DNA of 60,946 nt, filler included, from Nitrospinae bacterium RIFCSPLOWO2_12_FULL_45_22 (lineage in GTDB: Bacteria > 2-12-FULL-45-22), in assembly GCA_001803565.1 (NCBI GenBank). It is 6 parts of 6 records of this genome, joined end to end, with 100 filler letters (N's around TTAATTAATTAA, not from the genome) between each part and the next. Parts side by side here need not be neighbours in the genome. Positions count along the whole stretch, not along the records: positions 1 to 11,215 come from MHDQ01000123.1; 5 more parts are not named here. The stretch is one strand, 5' to 3'. The stretch's first letter is position 1. Each line of letters starts with the position of its first letter. Under the pieces are notes generated by a model. The model was not told the origin of the DNA. It saw only the letters and a program-made list of their open reading frames with translations, and made no database searches. The position numbers and the translations under genes were made by a program. Shown one piece after another: positions 1 to 9,403 of the stretch.

Positions 1-2
1 AT

Positions 3-1397
3 TACTGGAAGATAGTGGCAACCGATAGCCAAGGGGCAACGGCAAGCGGGCCGGTATGGAGCTTCACTACTGGCTCAGTCCCTAATAACCCACCCAAGAC
101 TCCCAGTAACCCTTCGCCGGCTGATGGGGCAACCGATGTTTCGATCAGTGTCAGCTTAAGCTGGAGCGGTGGTGACACTGATACTGGAGATACTATTACC
201 TATGATATCTATTTTGGTGCCAGTAGCAGCCCTACCCTGGTCAAGAGTGGCCTAACGGAGACCAGGTATATCCCTGGTACCCTTGCTTATAGTACTAAAT
301 ACTACTGGCGGGTAGTAGCTAAGGACAATCATGGGGCCGAGGCCGGGGGGTCAGTCTGGAGCTTTGAAACTGGCCCAGCTCCCAATAATCCCCCTCATAC
401 CCCCAGCAATCCATCCCCAGCTAATGGTGCAACTGTGGCATCCATCAGCTTGAGCTTAAACTGGAGTGGTGGTGACCCCGACACAGGAGATTCGGTGGCC
501 TATGATGTCTATTGGGATGGTGCAGGTAATAACCCTGATCCACCCCTGTGGGCAAGCAACCAGAGGGATACTACCGTTGATGTAAGCCCTCTCCAGAACC
601 CTTCCACAGTCTATTACTGGAAGGTGGTCGCCAAGGATAGCCATGGGGCTGCCGGTACCAGCCCGATATGGAAATTTACTACCGCTGCTACCCTTACTAA
701 CCCACCCAATACCCCTACTGGCTTGAAGGCTACCATCACGGGCAAGGCCGTACATATCCAGTGGCAGGCCAATAGCGACTCCAACCTGGATCATTACAAT
801 CTCTATGTAGGGTATTCATCCAAAAAATATGACATGACCGGTAGTCCCTTCAATGTAAGCAATATTACCTCCCTTACTGCCTCTGATATACCGGAAGGTA
901 CTTATTACCTGGCCCTGAGTGCGATCAACAGTGCAGGCAAGGAGAGTAGCCTATCAGAAGAGATAAAGGTAATGGTAGGTGCTAAGCCGACCATTACCAT
1001 AAGCAGTAATAAGAATAGCTATTCCCCAGGCGATACCTTTACCCTTTCCTTTGCCCTCAGCAACCCTACGGCTACTACTCAGGTAGTAGATGCTTTCCTG
1101 GGTATTATAGCCCCCAGCGGTAGCATCTACTTTTTCGATTCCTCTCCCTTTCAAAGGACTCTGGTACCAGCCAGGGCCGATGACTCCAGAACTTTTACCC
1201 CAGCCGCCACTTCTTTGGAACTGAGCCCAGGTTATGATTTCCCTTTGACCCCTTACTTTTCTATGACCTTACCCTCTGGCTTACCTGAAGGCACTTATTA
1301 TGCCTTTGCTGCGGTAGCTGAGCCCGGCTCTGTCCAGGCAGGTAATCCTAAGATAATGGGAGAGATCAGTATTAGTTCCTTTATATATTCTCCTTAA
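3..1397 (+). CDS. Secreted/surface protein with tandem fibronectin type III-like repeats and C-terminal Ig-like domain (5' partial)
   Basis: Frame is open from the window start (YWKIVA...). Repeated units W(S/K)FxTx..NNPPxTPSNPSPAxGAT..LxWSGGDxDTGD..YDxY..YYWxVVAKD; Thr/Ser/Pro-rich. Confidence 0.8.
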   Translation, partial: YWKIVATDSQGATASGPVWSFTTGSVPNNPPKTPSNPSPADGATDVSISVSLSWSGGDTDTGDTITYDIYFGASSSPTLVKSGLTETRYIPGTLAYSTKYYWRVVAKDNHGAEAGGSVWSFETGPAPNNPPHTPSNPSPANGATVASISLSLNWSGGDPDTGDSVAYDVYWDGAGNNPDPPLWASNQRDTTVDVSPLQNPSTVYYWKVVAKDSHGAAGTSPIWKFTTAATLTNPPNTPTGLKATITGKAVHIQWQANSDSNLDHYNLYVGYSSKKYDMTGSPFNVSNITSLTASDIPEGTYYLALSAINSAGKESSLSEEIKVMVGAKPTITISSNKNSYSPGDTFTLSFALSNPTATTQVVDAFLGIIAPSGSIYFFDSSPFQRTLVPARADDSRTFTPAATSLELSPGYDFPLTPYFSMTLPSGLPEGTYYAFAAVAEPGSVQAGNPKIMGEISISSFIYSP

Positions 1398-1548
1398 TGG
1401 GGTCTTAGGAGCTTGTCCCTAATTACCCTTGATAAAAGCCCAGGAAATGACCTGATTCATACTGACCTTTAGTCTGAAAAGAAGGGGGGAATCTTAAGGT
1501 CAGAAAATCTTTGGAATTAATGCTTGCTACAGAATGTATGCATAATCC

Positions 1549-1577
1549 TTGACAATGAATGGGTTAGCAATTATCAT
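1549..1577 (+). promoter_or_regulatory. sigma70-type promoter for the 1664-3193 operon
   Basis: TTGACA (1549-1554), 17-bp spacer, TATCAT (1572-1577). Confidence 0.5.
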
Positions 1578-1663
1578 GAGTGATGGATCAACTAAATTCA
1601 TACAGAGGAGCAAATATTTGAAATATTTCGTATATACCCTGCGCTTGAAGGATAGTCAAACTG

Positions 1664-2326
1664 ATGATTGATAAAAGGGAATTCCAACTACGGACATTCT
1701 CGGTGGTAGTTGTGGCGAAGAATCATAACCCCTCTCTTCTAAATCCTGATTTCTTGCTAATACGTCACATCGTGCCCGACGGATATGAGCTAGCCGAACC
1801 ACCCATCACTACCCCTCCAGTGGCTATAGTCAAGTACAAACAGGGGATTTCCATCACGGTCGAGATGGAGAAACTTCAAGTTATCGAAACCACTGCTGGG
1901 GAATTCCCGGAATCGCCGTTGGCTACGGATATCGCATCCAAGTATGTTCATACGCTCCCACACGTTCGATATACTGGCGTAGGGATCAACTGGAGTGGTT
2001 TTTTGAGGAAGAAAGATCCCGACCTTTGGATATGCAATCGCTTCTTGTCGAAAGGACCATGGAGGGACGACCCGCACAAACTTGTTTCTTCGGTGGTACG
2101 TCTCACGTATGATCTCGGGAATATCCGGTGTAATCTCTCTCTGGCTAGTGGGCAAATTTTTGAGGAAGAGACACCGATTCCTGTTGTGACCGTAGATGTA
2201 AACTACCATCACGATATAACAGCATACCCAGGGGATGATGATGTTGTTGGAGTGATCAACTGCTGGAAGGATCGTCTTCACCATTTTCTACTATTGATTC
2301 GGGATGTGCTGGATTTGGAGGCCTAA
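1664..2326 (+). CDS. Hypothetical protein (HNPSLLNPDFL motif; possibly TIGR04255-like)
   Basis: 220-aa ORF, TAATG stop/start overlap with the next gene. Family assignment is from memory and weak. Confidence 0.55.
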   Translation: MIDKREFQLRTFSVVVVAKNHNPSLLNPDFLLIRHIVPDGYELAEPPITTPPVAIVKYKQGISITVEMEKLQVIETTAGEFPESPLATDIASKYVHTLPHVRYTGVGINWSGFLRKKDPDLWICNRFLSKGPWRDDPHKLVSSVVRLTYDLGNIRCNLSLASGQIFEEETPIPVVTVDVNYHHDITAYPGDDDVVGVINCWKDRLHHFLLLIRDVLDLEA

Positions 2327-2733
2327 TGAGACTCATAACAGAAACTACCAACCCTAAAAGTGCAGAGCTTGCCGATAAAGTTGGTGCGCTATTAAATGAT
2401 TTAGTTCTGGTTAATACTGAGCGGATGAGTCTTACAGGAGTGAGTTTAGGCTCCTGGCTAGAGACACTTCCGACCGGGAACTTAGCTACCGATCGAGTAG
2501 AAAAGATGGGCAGGATCTGGGTCAAACACTGGCCGGAAAAGAGTTTTGAAGTTGGAGGTGCACCGGTTTCGGTAGGTAGCGAAAGCACTGACTCACTGGT
2601 CTCGATGGAGGCGATGCTTAGCCCTGATAGGAGAGCTATTCTGGAACGCGCTAGAGCTATCCGTCGAAAGATCGGTCCAGTCCCATGGAAAATCTCTGAT
2701 ATTCTTCGCCAGATGGACGAAGAAAATGAATGA
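2326..2733 (+). CDS. Putative antitoxin with VapB-like C-terminal helix and long N-terminal extension
   Basis: Overlaps the PIN gene. C-terminus ILERARAIRRKIG..ISDILRQMDEE resembles VapB tails. Confidence 0.5.
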   Translation: MRLITETTNPKSAELADKVGALLNDLVLVNTERMSLTGVSLGSWLETLPTGNLATDRVEKMGRIWVKHWPEKSFEVGGAPVSVGSESTDSLVSMEAMLSPDRRAILERARAIRRKIGPVPWKISDILRQMDEENE

Positions 2734-3193
2734 AATGCTAGTCCTAGACGCCTCTGTGGTAGCCAAGTGGTACCTCAATGACGAAAAACTCATTGAGAAG
2801 GCTGAGGAGTTCCTCATCCGTATCCTCGCCGGTCAGATCGAGGCGCATGCCCCTGAGATATTGCGTTATGAGTTGGGCCATCTATTAACTAAAGCTCAAC
2901 GCCAGCCTCAGAGGCCGATTGATCCTGCTCAAAGCGAGGAGGTGTACCGCGAATTTTGTTTACTCCCGATCACTTTTCACCAGCTCGACGATACTGAACG
3001 GCAAGAAGTTCTTGCATTCGCCAATACTTTTCGGCGGGGATTTTACGATTCTTCCTACGTCTGGCTTGCAGGACACCTCGGCTGTCGGTGGCTTACGAGT
3101 GAGCAGCGTTACGGAGGCAAACTGCCATTAGACTACCCAACCCAACGGATCCTTACCCTGGAATCATATAAACAGTCATCCAGAAGGACATAG
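2726..3193 (+). CDS. vapC: PIN-domain VapC-family toxin
   Basis: VLDASVVAKW...APE..RYE...FYDSSYVWLA...LTSE PIN pattern. Confidence 0.85.
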   Translation: MNEMLVLDASVVAKWYLNDEKLIEKAEEFLIRILAGQIEAHAPEILRYELGHLLTKAQRQPQRPIDPAQSEEVYREFCLLPITFHQLDDTERQEVLAFANTFRRGFYDSSYVWLAGHLGCRWLTSEQRYGGKLPLDYPTQRILTLESYKQSSRRT

Positions 3194-3356
3194 CCATTAA
3201 CAAATAGGCTTTAATCAGTACTGGCTCACCATTGACTTTTTGATTGTGCAACAAAGGGAGTACAAAATATTCCTTTCCAGGAGTAAACTCCTATGACCCC
3301 ATTTTAGAGCCCTACAAAAGCCAAACATCTTCAGTACCAATTTAACCTGATCTCCC

Positions 3357-3387
3357 TTGACATCACATAGCATTTATGCGATATATT
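3357..3387 (+). promoter_or_regulatory. Promoter/operator of higBA-like TA
   Basis: TTGACA at 3357-3362 followed by imperfect palindrome ATCACATA-N5-TATGCGAT (3362-3382), directly before ATG 3392. Confidence 0.5.
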
Positions 3388-3391
3388 ATTT

Positions 3392-3781
3392 ATGGACTGG
3401 CGGGTATAATTCTACCAGGAAGCGGATGGGAAAGAACCTGTAAAAGATTTCCTCATGGAATTAAACATTCCCAGTCGCCAGAAGATATTTTCTTATCTGG
3501 ATCTCTTGGAAGAAAGGGGATTATTGCCTTATCCCTATTCCCGAAAGATTGAAGGGATAAAGAAGCTTCGAGAACTAAGGGTAGAATTCGCTTCCAATAT
3601 ATACCGGATTTTCTATTTTGTGCACAAGGATAAGCAGATCATTCTCTTACATGGATTCATAAAGAAGAGCCAGAAGATACCATCAAAGGAAATAGCCGTA
3701 GCCCAAAGACGGTTAAAAGATTTTTTGGCTAGAGACAAGAAGGAAGGGGGGGTTAGAGATGGCCAGGGAAAGCGGTTTTAG
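3392..3781 (+). pseudogene. higB: RelE/HigB (Gp49-like) toxin with in-frame TAA at codon 6
   Basis: ATG 3392 reads MDWRV*FYQEADGKEPVKDFL, in frame with the 3455 ORF that carries LRELR..YRIFYF..ILLHGFIKKSQK. Confidence 0.75.
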
Positions 3782-4070
3782 AAGATTATTAGACGAACAT
3801 CTTAAAGACCCAGAATTTGCTAAAGGGTATATGGAAGAACTGGCTAAGACCAGGATAGCCGTTCAGATAGCTTCCCTCCGGGCGAAACGTGGTCTATCCC
3901 AGACAGATTTGGCCAAAAAGATAGGTACTACTCAGTCAGCTATAGCCCGGTTAGAAAATCCCAATTATGGCCGTGCATCTTTGCCCACCCTGGAAAAGGT
4001 TGCTGAGGCTTTGGGTGCAAAGTTAGAGATTCGGCTTATTCTTAATAGGGAATACCAAAAGACAGCATGA
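3759..4070 (+). CDS. higA: HigA-type XRE HTH antitoxin
   Basis: LRAKRGLSQTDLAKKIGTTQSAIARLE HTH; overlaps the toxin stop. Confidence 0.85.
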   Translation: MARESGFRRLLDEHLKDPEFAKGYMEELAKTRIAVQIASLRAKRGLSQTDLAKKIGTTQSAIARLENPNYGRASLPTLEKVAEALGAKLEIRLILNREYQKTA

Positions 4071-4080
4071 AAGATTACTT

Positions 4081-4170
4081 TGGGGGATAGGGATGCTAGC
4101 CCCGATAAGCCGGTAGTCCCTGGCCGGTTTCCCCCATACTTAACCACCCAGGGAGCTACTAAGGGAGGTA
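4081..4170 (+). promoter_or_regulatory. Candidate structured cis-regulatory leader
   Basis: TGGGGGA(4081-87)/TCCCCCA(4130-36) outer stem; AAGCCGG/CCGGTTT inner stem; loop GTAGTCCCTGG complementary to CCAGGGAGCTAC (4148-59) next to RBS AAGGGAGG. Confidence 0.4.
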
Positions 4171-4173
4171 GCA

Positions 4174-5541
4174 ATGGACGATCAAGAATATTGGGACATA
4201 GAATTTAAGACTACCGGGGACTTTCTGAACCATTGCCCAAGTGATGTTCGGGCGCATGCCATCTTCCAAATAGCCAATTACCTTACCTCCCACCCGACAC
4301 TACCATTCACCCCACAGGATAAGACATTAGGGGATCGGTTTATCATCTCAGACCCCATCTTGCAACGTGTGATCTACTATACATACAGCCCCTTAGAAGA
4401 AATAGATATGCGATGCAAGATGCTTGCGACAACCGATATTATCAGGGATGTGGGCTATATATACTATGTCCTGGGATACCCCAAGCTTCAGGATAGTCCT
4501 TTACTCAAGAGTTTTTTAGAGAAGCTAAAGAAAGATTTCTCTAGGGTGCTGAATGCTGACATGCGTAAGCTTGCGGGGGCTGAAGGGTCGATAGCCGAAC
4601 TTAGGGCTAATAGCTACCATGTTGAAGTGGATAAAGATGGTAAACCTACCAAAATAATTATCGACCAGTCGCCCTGGTATAGGATTGAGCACTATATCAA
4701 GCAGAAGGAAGGCCATTACTACGTTCTTGATGATAGCCCCGATTCAATTAGTGCCCTTTCGTCACCTGACGAGCATCTAATAGAATGGTATCAATGGTTT
4801 GAAGATGAAAAAGGTCTTCAGGATAATGCTTATTCAGGTAAAACCAAAATCTATATCCACGACAAAGATGGAAAGCTAATTGAAAAGTACCCATTCGCCC
4901 TGGGGCCTAAATACACGCCCTTGAGGGAGAAGATTCATAAGAAATACTGGTTTGAGCGCAAGGCATTTTGGGTAGAGAAGGGACAAGGATGGGATACCAG
5001 AGAAGAGGACCGCATTGACCGCAGGTGGGACCTAGAGCAGATTTTCAGGAAGGCTATTATGGAGTGGGAAGGAGATGTGCCCCCTCCTGCTTACTTCAAA
5101 AAAGCTTTAGAATGGGGTTTTATGAACCTTGAGATGAGCTTTAGGAAGAGATTCGTCCCCCACCCTGATGATCCCTCTAAGTATATTCTTAGGGAGGATC
5201 TTGATTTTAGTGGTGGCTCCTTAAATGATCGTTTAAAAGATGAGAAGGGTGAAAGTGAAAAGGTCAAAGAATGGATTGACCTATTTCCTGATAAGAAAGA
5301 TGACATAACAACCATAGAGACCTTGAATACATTATCTCGCCTTATCGAACGTGAATCTCATCCAACAGATAAACTAATCTTGCTCGATTTTTGGGATATA
5401 TGCCAAAATGATACCGAACCAAGAAGTGATGCAGAGATAGCCCGCCAGCTCAAAACCCAAAGGGTTCACCTTTCCCCCCAGCGTATAGGCCAACGGCGCA
5501 AAAGGCTTATGCGCACCCTCCAAGAAATCTTCTGCAAATAA
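4174..5541 (+). CDS. Hypothetical protein with C-terminal sigma-region-4-like HTH
   Basis: 455 aa, strong RBS. C-terminal SDAEIARQL..LSPQRIGQRRKRL. Confidence 0.55.
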   Translation: MDDQEYWDIEFKTTGDFLNHCPSDVRAHAIFQIANYLTSHPTLPFTPQDKTLGDRFIISDPILQRVIYYTYSPLEEIDMRCKMLATTDIIRDVGYIYYVLGYPKLQDSPLLKSFLEKLKKDFSRVLNADMRKLAGAEGSIAELRANSYHVEVDKDGKPTKIIIDQSPWYRIEHYIKQKEGHYYVLDDSPDSISALSSPDEHLIEWYQWFEDEKGLQDNAYSGKTKIYIHDKDGKLIEKYPFALGPKYTPLREKIHKKYWFERKAFWVEKGQGWDTREEDRIDRRWDLEQIFRKAIMEWEGDVPPPAYFKKALEWGFMNLEMSFRKRFVPHPDDPSKYILREDLDFSGGSLNDRLKDEKGESEKVKEWIDLFPDKKDDITTIETLNTLSRLIERESHPTDKLILLDFWDICQNDTEPRSDAEIARQLKTQRVHLSPQRIGQRRKRLMRTLQEIFCK

Positions 5542-5724
5542 CTTATCCCACAACCAGAGCCTTTTAATCAAGCTCACCTTTGCTCAACCTCCCCAAACGT
5601 TTATTTAGACAACAATAGGAATTTTTTTTTGCCGGGGGTTTCGATTTCACCTCCTGGCTGCACACTTATATAGTATGACCAGGAATAGAATATCAGAATC
5701 CAATAGATAAACGGAGGAAACGGG

Positions 5725-5928
5725 ATGATTTTATATGTGGCTATCAGCCCAAAGGGTGTCCACTACGTTGAAGTCGAAGCGCTAATGGAGGAGGAAGAAG
5801 TGGCGAAGGACTTTTATCGTTTGGTTAAGCCATTGCTGAGAGACCTGGGTAAAGCTATTTGTCAGCTTAATAATCGCAGAGGGGAAGAAGATGCCAATAA
5901 TGGCAAGGGGAGAAAGATAAGCGGATGA
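5725..5928 (+). CDS. Small hypothetical protein
   Basis: RBS GGAGG; ATGA overlap with the helicase gene. Confidence 0.6.
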   Translation: MILYVAISPKGVHYVEVEALMEEEEVAKDFYRLVKPLLRDLGKAICQLNNRRGEEDANNGKGRKISG

Positions 5929-7259
5929 CTGTATCAAATCTTCATCCAGAGCACTTAGCCGACCTGCGCACGAGCGGGTTAGCGGATGAGGCTATAAGAG
6001 TCCATGAGATAAAGGGATTAAAAATGGCAAAAAGCGAGAGACCAGAGCCCATATTCATAGCTAATCGTGTGGAGCAGGAATTTGATCTGATCTTCTATGG
6101 GGGGCAGTTTTGGTATTACAATGAGGGCTGTTACAGGCCAGCCGAGATGGAGATTCGGGAATTCTTGCAGACCGTGCTGGGCAAGGACTTTTCATCACAC
6201 TTTGTAAAGGAAGTTTTTTATGTATTGGAGAGTCGTTGCTTTAAAAAGGCTATCGCTTCTGATCCTGGGTTCATAAACCTCCGAAATGGGGTATATGACT
6301 GGATAAATGCTAAACTGTATCCGCACTCAGAGATGCCAGATAAGAGATTTATTTATCAGTTGCCGGTCAGTTTTAACCCGAAAGCTAAGACTCCAAGAAT
6401 CGAGAAATTTTTGAGTGAGGTAGTAAGACCTGAAGACAAAAAGGCTTTGCTACAGTTTGTTGGTTATTGTCTTATTCCCACGACTAGGTTCGAGAAGGCC
6501 ATGATGCTGTTGGGGGAAGGGGCAAATGGCAAGAGTACCTTAATCAAGATACTTATAAGTTTGCTAGGCAAGGATAATGTCTCAACTTTATCACTCCATG
6601 ACCTCTCCCATCGCTTCAGGCTGGCTGATTTGGTGGGAAAGCTCTTGAACGTCTTTCCCGATCTGCCATATAGAAGACTTCAGGATACAGCAAATTTTAA
6701 GGGCCTGGTAAGTGGCGACCCCATAACTGCGGAACGGAAATATCAACGACCTTTTACATTTGAGAACTTTGCCAGGCTGGTCTTTTCCACTAATAAATTG
6801 CCACCGACCCTGGATGTATCTCCGGCATTTTTCAGGCGGTGGTTACTTATTGAATTCCCAAATTCGTTTTATGGCAAAGATAGAGACCCTGGATTGCTGT
6901 CCCGATTGACGACCAGAGAGGAACTAGAGGGATTCTTGCTAATGGCCATAGAGGGGTTGAATTCGCTTTATGAGGCTGAGGAATTTACGGAAAGTCAAGA
7001 CATGAAGGATTTGAGAACCGAATATGAAAGAACAAGTAACCCGGTTAATGCCTTTCTTGAGGAGCAATGCCAAGTCGACGCAGATGCTGAAATAGAGAAT
7101 GCAGAGCTGTTCACAGCATTTCGTAGGTACATGTTTAAAGAGAAATTACCTTCAATAGGACGTAACGACTTTTATAAAGAGTTGAAAAAAATAGTCCCTT
7201 CGCTTGTGGAAGTCAGGGATTCATCCAGACGGTACCGGGGGATAAAAGTTATATCCTAG
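5925..7259 (+). CDS. Phage/plasmid P4-family D5-like SF3 helicase (primase domain apparently absent)
   Basis: D5_N-like INLRNGVYD, Walker A GEGANGKST, FSTNKLP, FFRRWL, C-terminal winged helix. Confidence 0.9.
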   Translation: MTVSNLHPEHLADLRTSGLADEAIRVHEIKGLKMAKSERPEPIFIANRVEQEFDLIFYGGQFWYYNEGCYRPAEMEIREFLQTVLGKDFSSHFVKEVFYVLESRCFKKAIASDPGFINLRNGVYDWINAKLYPHSEMPDKRFIYQLPVSFNPKAKTPRIEKFLSEVVRPEDKKALLQFVGYCLIPTTRFEKAMMLLGEGANGKSTLIKILISLLGKDNVSTLSLHDLSHRFRLADLVGKLLNVFPDLPYRRLQDTANFKGLVSGDPITAERKYQRPFTFENFARLVFSTNKLPPTLDVSPAFFRRWLLIEFPNSFYGKDRDPGLLSRLTTREELEGFLLMAIEGLNSLYEAEEFTESQDMKDLRTEYERTSNPVNAFLEEQCQVDADAEIENAELFTAFRRYMFKEKLPSIGRNDFYKELKKIVPSLVEVRDSSRRYRGIKVIS

Positions 7260-7363
7260 ACACTTTAGACGGTTTCTACTTATACTGTTATTTTACAGAA
7301 TTTCAATAAGGATAATAAAAATAACAATAAGAAAAAAACTGTCTAAAGTGTCGAAACTGTCTA
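7257..7363. repeat. Putative replication origin: inverted repeats flanking an AT-rich core
   Basis: TAGACACTTTAGACGGTTT (7257-75) vs AAACTGTCTAAAGTGTCGA (7336-54), 17/19 complementary, plus an extra AAACTGTCTA (7354-63). Confidence 0.65.
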
Positions 7364-7387
7364 AGAAGTGAGGGGAGGGTTATAAGA

Positions 7388-8050
7388 ATGGATGAACTAT
7401 TGGCCTTTAGGAGAAAAAGAAAAAAGAATGGTGGGCATGTCTCTTCTTTCTTCCCCCAGCCAAACAATAAGGAGAATCAAGAGAGGGCTTCTTCAGTTTT
7501 GCCTCTCAGGGAGGAGGAAGCCAAGTTCTGCTCATGGCGAGAGATGGCCGTCTCTGCTGAAGAGTGCGTTAAGCCATGCTATGAGTTCGATCCGGGTAAG
7601 GTCAAAGAGTGCAGGCATCTAGTCACTTGGTGGAAAGGGCGGCTTAAATGGTTAGAGGCAAATAACATAGGGGCAAATAGGGATAAGCAACCATCCCAGG
7701 TGATAGCCTTGTCTCCTGAAGCTGATTGCTTTGACCCGGATGGCGCCCTTGCTTCCCTGCTAGAATGCGCTGAGAGAAAAGGTATAAGTGATGCCCAGGT
7801 AGCCAGCATCGTTGATGACCTTATCCGTGCACAGTCCCTTAAGAGCCCCTGGGGGATCAAGATAAAGGGTAGCCCGGCCTTAGGCGATTATTGGATTGTC
7901 TCAGATGAAGAGGCCAAAAAGCTGATCCCTACCCACGAGGTCATCTTTGCCCAGGATGATATCCGGCTACTGGCAGAAGTAAGGGAAATATTTGGTATCA
8001 AGTCCGTTGAGGTAAAGAAGTATGACACAGGAAAACAAGCTGGTATCTGA
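7388..8050 (+). CDS. Hypothetical element protein
   Basis: 220-aa ORF with RBS, co-oriented within the element. Confidence 0.55.
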   Translation: MDELLAFRRKRKKNGGHVSSFFPQPNNKENQERASSVLPLREEEAKFCSWREMAVSAEECVKPCYEFDPGKVKECRHLVTWWKGRLKWLEANNIGANRDKQPSQVIALSPEADCFDPDGALASLLECAERKGISDAQVASIVDDLIRAQSLKSPWGIKIKGSPALGDYWIVSDEEAKKLIPTHEVIFAQDDIRLLAEVREIFGIKSVEVKKYDTGKQAGI

Positions 8051-8261
8051 AATCCAGAAGAACGACATAGAGGTAGTCCGGGTATCACTTACCAAATACA
8101 AAGGGAAGGACTTCTTTGATCTCAGACTTTATTACAGAGATGATGAAGGGGAATGGAAGCCCACCAAGAAAGGTATATGCTTATCACAAGGGCTGTTTCC
8201 TGAATTAAAACAGGCTATACTTACGCTAGAAAAGGCTTTGATTAATCAGAAGAGAGAATAA
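8022..8261 (+). CDS. PC4/YdbC-family ssDNA-binding protein
   Basis: VRVSLTKYKGKDFFDLRLYY..EWKPTKKGICL PC4 signature. Confidence 0.85.
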   Translation: MTQENKLVSEIQKNDIEVVRVSLTKYKGKDFFDLRLYYRDDEGEWKPTKKGICLSQGLFPELKQAILTLEKALINQKRE

Positions 8262-8659
8262 TGGCATACGAAACACAACAAAAACTAACACGTAACCAGC
8301 TTAGGGCTATCCCCTATCTTGTGTCCTGCAAGACAATTGATGAGGCGGCCCAAAAGGCCCGGGTATCAAGGTGTCATATCTATAAGTGGTTAGAAGCCCC
8401 CTCCTTTAAGGAGGAGTTGCAGCGGCAAAGGGACATAGTAACCAGGGAGGCGCTGGAGAAGCTCAAGGCTTCTATCACCAAGGCCATTGATACCCTGGTT
8501 TCTTTGCTAATCTCAGATAATGAAAACATAAAGCTTAGGGCATCCATGTCCATCGTTGATTACACCCTCAAATCAATCGAGTTGCAAGACCTGGAGAAAA
8601 GAGTATCAATCCTGGAAGAACAACTGGCAAGCAAAGGGAGGCGGGTGAGATGGGGCTAA
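8261..8659 (+). CDS. HTH protein, phBC6A51-like / terminase-small-subunit-like
   Basis: N-terminal HTH (EAAQKARVSRCHIYKW), then helical/coiled-coil LEKRVSILEEQL. Confidence 0.6.
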   Translation: MAYETQQKLTRNQLRAIPYLVSCKTIDEAAQKARVSRCHIYKWLEAPSFKEELQRQRDIVTREALEKLKASITKAIDTLVSLLISDNENIKLRASMSIVDYTLKSIELQDLEKRVSILEEQLASKGRRVRWG

Positions 8660-8889
8660 AGAGACGAGTAGATAGGCTAGAGGAAATAGCGCAGGACGAT
8701 GAATTATCTGATCTGCCCAGAGTAATCATAGAGGTTAAGGGCCGATATTATGCTGGTCAGGTTCGGGGAAATGAACCCTTAAGCGAAGAAGAGATCAAAG
8801 CCCTCGAATCCAAAGACAAATACAGGCAAATCCTCTGGGTACATATTCATGACCCACGCACAACAGCAAAGGAGCAGCATGGGGGATAA
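8650..8889 (+). CDS. Small hypothetical protein
   Basis: Overlaps the previous gene; LKRRVDRLEE N-terminus. Confidence 0.55.
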   Translation: MGLKRRVDRLEEIAQDDELSDLPRVIIEVKGRYYAGQVRGNEPLSEEEIKALESKDKYRQILWVHIHDPRTTAKEQHGG

Positions 8890-8909
8890 CTAAGTCAACA
8901 CTTAGAATA

Positions 8910-9209
8910 ATGGGTTTGGATAAGCAAATAATCAGTTTGTACCAGCAAGGCAAAGGCATAAAGGCCATAGCTAAAGAACTGGGGACTTATCCTAATGCCA
9001 TAAAAAGGGTTCTAGTGAAAGTGGGAGCTTATAATTTCTCCAGGAACTATAGGCTGAAGGGTGACAGGGTGACAAGATCAGCATCTGAGAGAGAATGCGC
9101 TGTTTGCAGGAACGAAAGGGAAGGTATTTCCGTATGTCCTACATGCTGGGCCTTAATCAGACAAACATTAGAAATTAATCAGGCAATCTTGAGATATAGA
9201 CATAAATAG
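8910..9209 (+). CDS. HTH plus CxxC..CxxC zinc-finger protein
   Basis: GIKAIAKELGT HTH; CAVC...CPTC. Confidence 0.6.
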   Translation: MGLDKQIISLYQQGKGIKAIAKELGTYPNAIKRVLVKVGAYNFSRNYRLKGDRVTRSASERECAVCRNEREGISVCPTCWALIRQTLEINQAILRYRHK

Positions 9210-9403
9210 GGATAAACCACTATAACCCCCATTAGTGTATGGAGTTAAGCATGGAGAGCATAGACCACAAAATTAAAGCCCTGTCTAAGGGTGAACCCCT
9301 ATCCCATGATAGAGGACTGATGAACTGTATTACCAGGAATATAGACAATGCTACAAGATAATAACCTCCTGATAGCCCAATATTATGAAAAGGAAACAAA
9401 CCA

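Noticed and set aside
3407-3409. Recoded stop in higB
   Set aside because: The codon is TAA, not TGA or TAG, and other genes use TAA as a stop; a nonsense mutation is simpler.
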